From contig JACQVP010000014.1 in NCBI GenBank assembly GCA_016209715.1, positions 1 through 58,993 of the forward strand: a stretch of DNA of 58,993 nt, written 5' to 3'. This DNA comes from Candidatus Omnitrophota bacterium. GTDB lineage: Bacteria; Omnitrophota; Omnitrophia; Omnitrophales; Omnitrophaceae. The translations under genes and the position numbers were made by a program. Shown piece by piece: positions 1 through 7,672 of the stretch. The notes beneath the pieces are model-generated. The model was not told where the DNA came from. It was given only the letters and a program-made list of their open reading frames with translations, and searched no databases. Positions within the stretch are counted from its first letter, which is position 1. The number at the start of each line of letters is the position of its first letter.

Positions 1-43
1 GCTGAGGGCTAATGACCAAACTCAAAACTTGTGGTTTTGAGTT
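1..43. repeat. Left copy (cut by the window edge) of a double-hairpin repeat: GCTGAGGGC (1-9) plus the perfect hairpin AACTCAAAAC/TTGTG/GTTTTGAGTT (19-43)
   Basis: Read directly. The blocks GCTGAGGGC, CTCAAAAC and GTTTTGAG recur in the same order on the opposite strand at 1976-2030. Confidence 0.6.
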
Positions 44-54
44 ATTTGACTCAG

Positions 55-435
55 CTACGTAGCTGAGGTGCATGTTTGCGTGAGATCCCGCATGATCGTT
101 TGCATGATCCCTGCGGCCTTGGCTTCGTCAAAATCCTGATGATAAGACTTCTCGGCCCCGAATCTTGAAAGGTCATAATGAAAATCCGGCCGGAGCCTTT
201 CTTTCGCCAGGCATTGACGGGCGCATTGCAACGAACAGCCGTCGATTGCGATCAGTATACCAGCCTCCCTGGCTTGGCGGACAAAGGACCGGATGCCGGC
301 GCCGATGCCGGCGATGCATGACATTTCCGCGACCTGCTGCCGGTCCAATTGAACGGCGATCCAGTTGGCCATTTGCGCGGCCGAAGAACATCCGGAGCAG
401 GAATAAAGGACCTTTTTCAGTTCGGCTGAAGGCAA
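55..435 (-). CDS. DGC-domain putative zinc-binding protein
   Basis: N-terminal YSCSGCSSAAQ Cys cluster and the AIDGCSLQCA (DGC) motif. The ORF-track start codon is TTG, so the start is uncertain. Confidence 0.6.
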   Translation of the reverse strand: MPSAELKKVLYSCSGCSSAAQMANWIAVQLDRQQVAEMSCIAGIGAGIRSFVRQAREAGILIAIDGCSLQCARQCLAKERLRPDFHYDLSRFGAEKSYHQDFDEAKAAGIMQTIMRDLTQTCTSAT

Positions 436-1478
436 GGACGGTGCCCCTCCTCTTTTGTGCGCCGCAGGACTTCGCCGAGCGGGCGGTGATCGAGCAGTTC
501 GAACTGCCCTCCCGGTCCGCTTTCCGTCAGCGTGTAACCGCCGGGCGCCGTCGCCGACCCCGCGCTGAGATGCGTCACGCCGATCCCTTTTTTAAGGACG
601 CTGTCGCGGAATGCCGGCGTTTCGCGGGTGCTGAGGACGATGCCGGCGGACGGCACCGCAAGCCGCGCGAGGACGATGATCCTTTCCAACTGCTCATCCG
701 TGACTTCTTTCCCCTCCCCGGCCGTAGGCCCAAGCCCGTAGGCCGAGCGCAGTCTCGGAAATGAAAACGTGGCCGGAAATTTTCCGTACCGCGTCCGCAA
801 ATCCCGGGCGTGGGCGATCAGCGCGCACAAATCCTCGCGGTAATCGTTCAAGCCGAGAAGGATGCCCAGCCCCACGCGGGATATCCCCGCCTCGAGGGCC
901 CTCTCCATCGCGCCTTTCCGCCATTCGTAATCCTCCTTGGGGCCGTCATGCGCCGCCGCGTATACCTCCCGGTTGTACGTCTCCTGAAAAAGAAGGCATT
1001 GCGAAATGCCGGCCTGCCTGAGAACGCGGTAATCCGGAACGCTCATCGGGGCGACTTCCGCCATCAGATAGAAGGACATTCCCGCCGCGCGCAGGGCCCC
1101 GGCATGCGCCGCGATTTTCGCGGCCCCGGAATGGCCCGGGTGCTCGGCCGCCACCAAAAGCAGGGTTCGGTGCCCCTGTTCCCAGAGAAACCGGGCCTCC
1201 GTCAGAAATTCGTCCGTTTCAAGCGCCCGGCGGCGCAGGGCGCGGTTGCTTCTCCGAAAACCGCAATACGCGCAATCGTTCACGCAGTAGCTGGAAAAAT
1301 ACAACGGCGCGAAAAAAAACAAGCGCCCGCCGAAATGCCCGCGCGTCAGGGCGCAGGCCGTCTCATGGGCCCGCCTCCAGTCCTCCGGCCCGGCCCGTTC
1401 CAAAAACAGGGCGGCCTCCTCCGCCGTCAAACCGGCACCGGCGGCCGCCTTCTCGTGCAGGCTCTCGAGCGATTCCAT
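417..1478 (-). CDS. Radical SAM enzyme of the ThiH/HydG (tyrosine lyase) family
   Basis: YFSSYCVNDCAYCGF CX3CX2C motif, as in ThiH/HydG. The start is trimmed to the ATG at 1478 (MESLESLHEK), 2 nt after the upstream stop. The longer track ORF to 1568 overlaps the hemerythrin gene. Confidence 0.7.
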   Translation of the reverse strand: MESLESLHEKAAAGAGLTAEEAALFLERAGPEDWRRAHETACALTRGHFGGRLFFFAPLYFSSYCVNDCAYCGFRRSNRALRRRALETDEFLTEARFLWEQGHRTLLLVAAEHPGHSGAAKIAAHAGALRAAGMSFYLMAEVAPMSVPDYRVLRQAGISQCLLFQETYNREVYAAAHDGPKEDYEWRKGAMERALEAGISRVGLGILLGLNDYREDLCALIAHARDLRTRYGKFPATFSFPRLRSAYGLGPTAGEGKEVTDEQLERIIVLARLAVPSAGIVLSTRETPAFRDSVLKKGIGVTHLSAGSATAPGGYTLTESGPGGQFELLDHRPLGEVLRRTKEEGHRPCLQPN

Positions 1479-1480
1479 CC

Positions 1481-1960
1481 TCAATGGCCGCAGCAGCCGG
1501 AATGGGAGCCGCCCGAAACCGGTTCGGACATTTTGCGAAACACGACCTCCCTTTCCTCGGGACCGCAAAGAGAATCGATCAGCGGATACAGGATTTGTTC
1601 TTCTTTGCCGTTGTGGGCCGTGAGGACCGAGATCAGGAGGTCCTCCTCCGCGTCGCTCCCGGCGTCCCCGGCGGCGATCCGGTCCTGGATCTTGCCGAGC
1701 ACGGCCTTGATTTGCACGTGTTCGCTCCGCATCACCTCCGTGGGGCCGGCCCCCTGCATCCCCGTCTTTTCCTCGAAGAGGGGGAACAGAATCTCCTCCT
1801 CCCAGACGATGTGCCGTTCCAGGCCGCTCTTGAATTCCGAAAAAAACTTGCCGGCCCGTTCAAAGTCAACGTGCTTGTATTTTTTGAACTGCTTCATGAG
1901 CTCGTCCAGCCGGTCATGATCGGCGCCGTAAAACGAAGTGATGTTTCTACCCGATGTCAT
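1481..1960 (-). CDS. Hemerythrin (HHE cation-binding) domain protein with a C-terminal Cys/His tail
   Basis: H/E-rich helices (HIVWEEEILFP, RSEHVQI, AHNGKEEQILYP), a C-terminal HSGCCGH tail and a GGGAGGAGA RBS before the ATG at 1960. Confidence 0.7.
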   Translation of the reverse strand: MTSGRNITSFYGADHDRLDELMKQFKKYKHVDFERAGKFFSEFKSGLERHIVWEEEILFPLFEEKTGMQGAGPTEVMRSEHVQIKAVLGKIQDRIAAGDAGSDAEEDLLISVLTAHNGKEEQILYPLIDSLCGPEEREVVFRKMSEPVSGGSHSGCCGH

Positions 1961-1975
1961 ATTTCTCCTCCCGAT

Positions 1976-2030
1976 AGCTCAAAACATCCAGTTTTGAGCT
2001 GCTTATCGCCCTCAGCCACGGGGCTGAGGG
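1976..2030. repeat. Right, inverted copy of the double-hairpin repeat: hairpin AGCTCAAAAC/ATCCA/GTTTTGAGCT (1976-2000) plus hairpin CCCTCAGCC/ACGG/GGCTGAGGG (2009-2030)
   Basis: Read directly. The reverse complement aligns with 1-43 (GCTGAGGGC..CTCAAAAC-N5-GTTTTGAG). The second hairpin overlaps the mobA stop. Confidence 0.6.
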
Positions 2031-2605
2031 TCCAGTTTATTGAATCGTTCCAAATCCCGTTTTTCGTTTACGTTAAAAAATGCCGTTTCTCCGGACCCGA
2101 AGAAGTCGAGGACCTCCAGTCCGGGCAGGTCCCGCAAAAAGCTTTCCATAGACAACTGATTGTCGCGCAGGCACGCCTCGATCCTGTCCTTGAGCGAGGC
2201 CGCGTAAATCCCGGGAAACGGGTGCCGATACCGGCGCTCCGGCGCGGCAATGACAGCCGCGCGAGAACCGTTCTTCGCGGAAGACAGAAGCGTTTCCAAA
2301 AGCGGCCGCGTGATCCCCGGCATATCGCAGGTGAGCGCCAGAAAGCTCTCTTCCGGATAGCGCAGGCAGGCGGTGTACAACCCGCCGAGCGGCCCCTTGC
2401 CGGGAATCGCGTCGAAATGGACCGGACACTCCAGAAAGGAATAGTCGCGGGCCGGATTGGCAATGATCGAAACAGCGAGGTCCAATTCCCGGAGACGGTT
2501 CAGGATCCGGCCGATCACCGGCGTGTTTCCAATACTGGCCAGGGCCTTGTCTTCTCCGAACCGGCTGCTCAACCCACCCGCGAGAATGATGCCCCGGACG
2601 TTCAT
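2012..2605 (-). CDS. mobA: Molybdenum cofactor guanylyltransferase
   Basis: N-terminal GIILAGGLSSRFGEDKAL nucleotidyltransferase motif, 197 aa, and an ATGA overlap with moaE. Confidence 0.85.
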   Translation of the reverse strand: MNVRGIILAGGLSSRFGEDKALASIGNTPVIGRILNRLRELDLAVSIIANPARDYSFLECPVHFDAIPGKGPLGGLYTACLRYPEESFLALTCDMPGITRPLLETLLSSAKNGSRAAVIAAPERRYRHPFPGIYAASLKDRIEACLRDNQLSMESFLRDLPGLEVLDFFGSGETAFFNVNEKRDLERFNKLDPQPRG

Positions 2606-3024
2606 CTAGCTTCTCCCCGGCAGCACACCCATTCGGCAGCGCCGTCGGCATAAAGTTCATGCTTCCAGATGGGCACGGCGGCCTTGATCTCCTCCAGCAC
2701 GCGGCGGCAGGCAGCAAAGGCTTCCTCGCGATGAGCCGAATAGACGGCGATGGCGACCGCGGCTTCGCCAACCTCCAGCAGGCCGATCCGGTGCAGGACC
2801 CGGATGTCGGAAACGCCGTGGGCCCGCCCGGCCTCCTCAATGATCCGCGCGATTTCTTTCTCCGCCATGGCCTCGTAACACTCGTACCGCAGGGCCGAGA
2901 CCGCTCTTCCCCCGTGCTCGTTGCGTACCAGGCCCACGAACAGAGCGGCCGCGCCGGAGCCGGCATCGCCGCCCGCGAGAAACGTCTCGAGAGGGATGGG
3001 ACTTTTCGTCAGGTGCACGGTCAT
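2602..3024 (-). CDS. moaE: Molybdopterin synthase catalytic subunit
   Basis: 140 aa. Position between moaD and mobA, MoaE-like sequence (VGLVRNEHGGR, AAVPIWKHE) and coupled stops/starts. Confidence 0.8.
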   Translation of the reverse strand: MTVHLTKSPIPLETFLAGGDAGSGAAALFVGLVRNEHGGRAVSALRYECYEAMAEKEIARIIEEAGRAHGVSDIRVLHRIGLLEVGEAAVAIAVYSAHREEAFAACRRVLEEIKAAVPIWKHELYADGAAEWVCCRGEAR

Positions 3025-3263
3025 CCTCCCGCCACCGGCGGCATCAACGCGATATCGTCCCCTTCCCGCAGACGGTAAGGATGGGGAACGTAGTGTTCAT
3101 TGACCGCCATCAGCACCGGGAATCCCGGCGGCAAGGCCCGCGAAAAGCCGCAAACCCGCTGCAGCAATTCTCCGGCGGTGGCCCCATCGGAAATCTCCAT
3201 CACGCAAGACTCGGTCCCGAAAAAATTCCTGAGCTGAGCAAAAAAACTGACTTTTATCTTCAT
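3021..3263 (-). CDS. moaD: Molybdopterin synthase sulfur-carrier subunit
   Basis: 80-aa ubiquitin-like protein ending in PPVAGG (C-terminal GG). ATGA overlaps on both sides. Confidence 0.8.
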   Translation of the reverse strand: MKIKVSFFAQLRNFFGTESCVMEISDGATAGELLQRVCGFSRALPPGFPVLMAVNEHYVPHPYRLREGDDIALMPPVAGG

Positions 3264-4480
3264 GACCGTCCTCCTTGTAATCCCGGAATCAAATCCACGC
3301 GAAAATTCCCCGCCCGTCCGTTTGCCCGCGGCGGGACCCGGATCAAGGCTTGCGTCCCGGCGAGCGACGAGAGCATGTGCGAGCCCTGCTTCGAAAGAGG
3401 CTTGGCCCAGGCCGAGCCGTTTTTCGCCGTCACGCGGCTTCTGACGAATAGAAAGCGGGCGGCGGAACGAACTCCGCCGCGGACGGCAAGCGTCCGGCTG
3501 GGCAAAGCAAAATCCTTGCGCCCCGCCATCTTTCTCAGCGCGGGGAGCGCGTATTCATAGAAACAGGCAAACACGGCGCCGGGATTTCCCGGCAGGCCGA
3601 AAACCAGTCGCCGGCCGGCCCGGCCGAAATACAGCGGCTTGCCGGGCTTTTGATTCACCTTCCAGAAAATGGTCCGGACGCCCGAGCGCGCCAAAACTGA
3701 TTTGGCAAAATCATAGTCCCCTGCCGAAACGCCCCCCGTGAGCAAAAGGATATCACCGGCCTTGAGCGCGGCCCGGACCGCTCTCTCCAAAGAGCGCGGG
3801 CGGTCCGCCGCCCGTTTCAAGACCCGGAATGGAAATCCGGCATCCTTCAGGGCCGCCGCGAGCATTCCCCCGTTGGAATCGTAAACCCGGCCGGGTTTGA
3901 GTCCGGTTCCCGGCTCCGCGAGTTCATCGCCCGTCGTCAAAATCGCGACCCGGGGCTTCAGAAACACCGGGACCCGCGTCAAACCCAGGGAGGCCAAAAG
4001 CCCCACCGCGCCCGGATTGATCACCGCGCCCCGGCGGAGAACGACGCGCCCCTTCCGGATTTCCTCGCCCCGGCGGCGCACATGATTTCCCCACGGCACC
4101 GGCGCGCGCAAGCATAAGAAGCCGTCTGCCTCTCCGGCGTCTTCAAACGCCAGGACCGCATCGGCTCCGCGCGGAATCTTCGCACCGGTCATGATCCGGC
4201 AGGCCGTCCCCCTGTTCAAGGCGCAGGCGCGGGTCTCGCCCGCCCGCAAACTACCCGACAATGCCAGGCGCACCGGCAGGCCGGCCGAGGCGCGCCGCGT
4301 GTCCCGCGAGCGCAGGGCGAAACCGTCCATCGCCGAATTATCGAAAAGGGGAAATTCCACCGGTGAGGCGATGTCGTCGGCCAAAACGCATCCGAGCGCT
4401 CCGGCCAGCGCGATCCGGCCCTTTCGCGGGGCCGGGACATTCGTGCGAACCAATTTTTCCGCTTGCGCGACCGTGATCAT
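3260..4480 (-). CDS. moeA: Molybdopterin molybdotransferase
   Basis: MoeA-like sequence (SAMDGFAL, LLLTGGVSAGDYDF, FGLPGNPGA). The start is trimmed to the ATG at 4480 (MITVAQAEKL), which forms an ATGA overlap with the upstream gene. The 524-aa track ORF carries a spurious Arg/Gly-rich extension. Confidence 0.85.
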   Translation of the reverse strand: MITVAQAEKLVRTNVPAPRKGRIALAGALGCVLADDIASPVEFPLFDNSAMDGFALRSRDTRRASAGLPVRLALSGSLRAGETRACALNRGTACRIMTGAKIPRGADAVLAFEDAGEADGFLCLRAPVPWGNHVRRRGEEIRKGRVVLRRGAVINPGAVGLLASLGLTRVPVFLKPRVAILTTGDELAEPGTGLKPGRVYDSNGGMLAAALKDAGFPFRVLKRAADRPRSLERAVRAALKAGDILLLTGGVSAGDYDFAKSVLARSGVRTIFWKVNQKPGKPLYFGRAGRRLVFGLPGNPGAVFACFYEYALPALRKMAGRKDFALPSRTLAVRGGVRSAARFLFVRSRVTAKNGSAWAKPLSKQGSHMLSSLAGTQALIRVPPRANGRAGNFRVDLIPGLQGGRS

Positions 4481-5226
4481 AATCCCCTCAAAAGAAGTTT
4501 GACCGAAACGAAAATCACCAACCCCGCGAGAAGGCGCGTCAGCAAGGGTTTGGGCACCGGGCCGGCGCCCAGGCGCGAACCGGCAAGTCCCCCGAAAAAC
4601 ACCGACGCGGCGAGCGCGGCGAGTCCGCTGAAATCCGCCTGCCCTTTGCCCAATTGGCCCGCCAGTCCCGCGGCCGAATTGAGCGTGATGAATAGACTCG
4701 CGGCGCAGGCCGCCTGCTTCGCGTCCGCCCATTTCATGAGAAGTAAAAACGGGCTCAAAAAAACGCCGCCGCCGATGCCCACGAGCCCGGAAAGGAAACC
4801 GAAAGAACCTCCCGCCGCGAGACCTGCCGCCCATCTCATTCGCGCGCTCAAAGGGGCCGCCCCTTCCGCCGGCTTTTCATTCAGCATCATCCGCACGCCC
4901 GCGGCGAAAAGGGAGAGGCCCAGGAGCACCGTAAACAATTCCCGGCCGACGGAAATGCGCCCTCCCGCGTAAGCCAGAGGCACCGACAAAACTAAAAAAG
5001 GAAATATCAGAGAGGGAACGAAATGGCCTTGCCGGCGGTAATTGAAGAACCCGGTCCCCGCGACCACCAGATTGCAAACCAGCGCCAAGGCCGGGACGGA
5101 CTGATAGGAAAGGCCGGCCAGCACCAGAACGGCAAGGTAGGAAGATCCGCCGCCAAAGCCCACCATCGAATAGAAGAAGGCGATCCAGAAAAAAACCAGC
5201 GGGACCCATCCCGGAAGCGGATCCAT
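4477..5226 (-). CDS. TSUP (TauE/SafE) family membrane permease
   Basis: About 250 aa of very hydrophobic sequence with 7-8 helices and repeated GxGGG motifs (VGFGGGSS, VGIGGGVF). The first ATG is at 5226; the track starts at a TTG at 5229. Confidence 0.7.
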   Translation of the reverse strand: MDPLPGWVPLVFFWIAFFYSMVGFGGGSSYLAVLVLAGLSYQSVPALALVCNLVVAGTGFFNYRRQGHFVPSLIFPFLVLSVPLAYAGGRISVGRELFTVLLGLSLFAAGVRMMLNEKPAEGAAPLSARMRWAAGLAAGGSFGFLSGLVGIGGGVFLSPFLLLMKWADAKQAACAASLFITLNSAAGLAGQLGKGQADFSGLAALAASVFFGGLAGSRLGAGPVPKPLLTRLLAGLVIFVSVKLLLRGL

Positions 5227-6128
5227 CAATGCCCGCCTCCTTCCATCATCTGATACGTATGCAGGACGGCCGGAAAGACCGCGGCCAGCGATTCGCGGAC
5301 GCCGTTCGACGAGCCCGGGAGATTGAGAATGATTGTCCGGCCTTTTTGCGCCGCCACGCCCCTCGAAAGCATGGCGTAGGGCGTGCGGCGCTGTCCGTAG
5401 GCCCGGGCCGATTCCGCGATCCCCGGGATTTCGCGGTCCATGATTTCCCGCGTGGCTTCGACGGTCACGTCCCGGGGCCCGAGCCCGGTGCCGCCCGTGG
5501 TCACGATGAGATCATCCCCCCTCCCGCACCATTCCGCGAGGCGCTCCCGGATCTTTTCCTTGTCGTCCGGGAGCACCGCGTAATCCGGCCGTATCCCGAA
5601 GCTTTCGAGCTTTTCCACGATGATCTTCCCTGATTTATCCTGCCGCTTCCCCTGAAAGGTCCCGTCCGAAGTGACCAGGACCGAGGCGCGGAACCCGCGG
5701 GGCAGCACCTCGCGGTAATCGCTCTTCCCACCTTTTTTCGAGACGAGCCGCGTAGCGGTAATCTCCAGGCCGTCATCCACGGGTTTCAGCATGTCATAAA
5801 TGGTGAGCGCGGCGACCGAGGCGGCCGTGAGGGCCTCCATTTCGAGGCCCGTTTTCGCGACGGCTTCGACCACGGCGGTGACGGACACCGAATCCGGGCC
5901 GGTCTCAAAATCGACGGCGATAAAATCAATGGGCACGGGATGGCAATACGGGATGAGCTCCGAGGTCTTTTTCGCGGCCGAAATCCCGGCCACGCGCGCC
6001 ACCGCCAGGACGTCTTTTTTGGGCAGATCGTTCGCGGCAAGCCGAGCCAAAGTTTCCGGCCGGGCGCGAACGACGCTCCGGGCCTCCGCCCGCCTCAAGG
6101 TCTCGATTTTTCCGGTCACCGATTTCAT
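5226..6128 (-). CDS. moaC: Bifunctional MoaC (cyclic pyranopterin monophosphate synthase) / MogA-MoaB-like protein
   Basis: The N-terminal half carries ELIPYCHPVPI (MoaC signature). The C-terminal half carries LIVTTGGTGLGPRDVTVEA (MogA/MoaB signature). Confidence 0.85.
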   Translation of the reverse strand: MKSVTGKIETLRRAEARSVVRARPETLARLAANDLPKKDVLAVARVAGISAAKKTSELIPYCHPVPIDFIAVDFETGPDSVSVTAVVEAVAKTGLEMEALTAASVAALTIYDMLKPVDDGLEITATRLVSKKGGKSDYREVLPRGFRASVLVTSDGTFQGKRQDKSGKIIVEKLESFGIRPDYAVLPDDKEKIRERLAEWCGRGDDLIVTTGGTGLGPRDVTVEATREIMDREIPGIAESARAYGQRRTPYAMLSRGVAAQKGRTIILNLPGSSNGVRESLAAVFPAVLHTYQMMEGGGH

Positions 6129-6129
6129 T

Positions 6130-7143
6130 TCAGCCTCCCACCTTATGGATCAAGGGATATTCTCCGGCCGCCACGCCGAAGCGGGAATCCGCGCGGTACG
6201 GGTTCCCCCGGAACTCGTTTCCCTTCGGCTTCATCTTCACGGCCAGGCGCAGGGCCGCGCGAATCTCCTCGTCCGGGGCCCCCGCTCTCAGCAAATGCCC
6301 CACGGCGTATTCCTCTTCCGAGAAAAGACAGGGCCGGATCTTGCCGTCAGCCGTCATGCGGACGCGCGAGCAACGGTCGCAGAAGGATTCCGTGAGCGAG
6401 GCGATAAATCCGATTTTCCCCGCCCCTCCGCGGATGCGGAACACCCGCGCGGTATCGTCCTCGCCGCCGACCTCCTCGACCAGATCAAAATGCCGGTCCA
6501 TGAGGGCCCGGACTTCGGAGATCGGCAGAAAATATTCGGGACTCCAGTTTTCGCCGCACAACGGCATGAATTCGAGGAACCTGACCTCCAGGGCGTTCCC
6601 CTCGGCCAGGCGCCCCATCCCGAGGAGTTCATCCTCGTTCAGGCCGCGGAGGGCCACCGCGTTGATCTTCACCGGGAACCCCGCCCGAAGGGCCGACAGC
6701 GCCGCCCCCAGCACCGCTCCGGAATTTCGCGAGCCCGTGATCCGGCGGAACCGCTCCGGATCGATACTGTCCAAGCTGATGTTGATGCGGTCCAAGCCGG
6801 CCTCGCGCAGGGGCTTGAGAAAGAGCTCCAGCCGGCTTCCGTTCGTGGTGATCGAGAGGTCGCGGATCCCGTCAATTTGCTTGAGGGCCCGCACGATCTC
6901 GACGATGTCGGGCCTCAGCAAAGGCTCACCGCCCGTCAAGCGGACCTTTTCGATGCCGAGTCCCGCCGCGAGAGCCACGAACCTGGCGATTTCATCCAGC
7001 TTCAGATAACGCCCGGACGGAGAAGACAGAATGCCCCCGGAAGGCAGGCAGTAGACGCATTTAAAATTGCAGGCTTCGGTCAGGGAAATCCGGAGATAAG
7101 AGATGCGGCGTCCGAAAGAATCGATCAAGAAATCTTGTTTCAT
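6130..7143 (-). CDS. moaA: GTP 3',8-cyclase
   Basis: LTEACNFKCVYC radical SAM motif, C-terminal auxiliary cluster CDRCSRVRMTADGKIRPCLF and a terminal GG. The start is trimmed to the ATG at 7143 (MKQDFLIDSFGRR) behind a GGAAAGGAG RBS. Confidence 0.9.
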   Translation of the reverse strand: MKQDFLIDSFGRRISYLRISLTEACNFKCVYCLPSGGILSSPSGRYLKLDEIARFVALAAGLGIEKVRLTGGEPLLRPDIVEIVRALKQIDGIRDLSITTNGSRLELFLKPLREAGLDRINISLDSIDPERFRRITGSRNSGAVLGAALSALRAGFPVKINAVALRGLNEDELLGMGRLAEGNALEVRFLEFMPLCGENWSPEYFLPISEVRALMDRHFDLVEEVGGEDDTARVFRIRGGAGKIGFIASLTESFCDRCSRVRMTADGKIRPCLFSEEEYAVGHLLRAGAPDEEIRAALRLAVKMKPKGNEFRGNPYRADSRFGVAAGEYPLIHKVGG

Positions 7144-7149
7144 TTTTCT

Positions 7150-7270
7150 CCTTTCCAATTCCGCGAGCCGCCATCCCGGGCGGCGTCGCATCGGGAGGCG
7201 CCGCCGTTTCCCGCGGCGCCCTCGTCCCGTCATCCGTGGCATGAAGCTTTAGGACGTCCGGGATCGGAGT
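7150..7270 (-). ncRNA. Candidate Moco (moaA-motif) riboswitch in the moaA leader
   Basis: The minus-strand leader reads ACUCCGAUCC...GGCGCCGC-GGGAAACG-GCGGCGCC-UCCCGA...GGAAAGGAG-AUG. CUCCGA, GGAAAC and GCCUCCC blocks and a moaA-proximal position fit my memory of the motif. No covariance-model check was done. Confidence 0.4.
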
Positions 7271-7282
7271 TCAACTGTGCCA

Positions 7283-7325
7283 AGGATATCCCATGGCGGA
7301 GAGTGCGTCTGTGATGCAAATCACA
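7283..7325 (-). promoter_or_regulatory. CRP-type operator TGTGATTTGCATCACA (7310-7325), then 21 nt, then the -10-like TATCCT (7283-7288); putative moa operon promoter
   Basis: A perfect TGTGA-N6-TCACA palindrome followed by GACG, with the same geometry as three other sites in the window. Confidence 0.5.
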
Positions 7326-7327
7326 CC

Positions 7328-7672
7328 TCAAACGGAAGGAATCATTCGGACGGCAGGACGGTCGTTTACAGTACGGCAGGCCGTTTCGCATTGGGCGCAG
7401 CCGTTGCACAACTGCGCCGCCAGGACGGGTTTGGCATCGATCATGCGGAGGGCCTGGTCCCGGAGGGGGCAGGCCAGATAGCATTGCTGGCAATCCATCC
7501 CGCCCCAGGCCAGGCATTGAGCCACTTCCAGCCGGGCCTTGAGGACCCCGGCCCCGGGAGGCGAGGCGGGCGCCAAAAATCCTTGTCCCAAAGCGCGCAA
7601 TCCGTGCGCCAGAGAGCCGGGCAAGCGCTTCAGGAAATTTCTTCGGGCCTCGACTGGTAGATCCCGTAACAT
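7328..7672 (-). CDS. NapF-like ferredoxin with a vestigial Tat motif (two Cys clusters)
   Basis: ARRNFLKRL twin-arginine motif followed by a weakly hydrophobic segment. Clusters CX8CX2CX3CP and CNGCAQCETAC. ATG at 7672 behind GGAGG; the track start at 7702 is a GTG. Confidence 0.6.
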   Translation of the reverse strand: MLRDLPVEARRNFLKRLPGSLAHGLRALGQGFLAPASPPGAGVLKARLEVAQCLAWGGMDCQQCYLACPLRDQALRMIDAKPVLAAQLCNGCAQCETACRTVNDRPAVRMIPSV

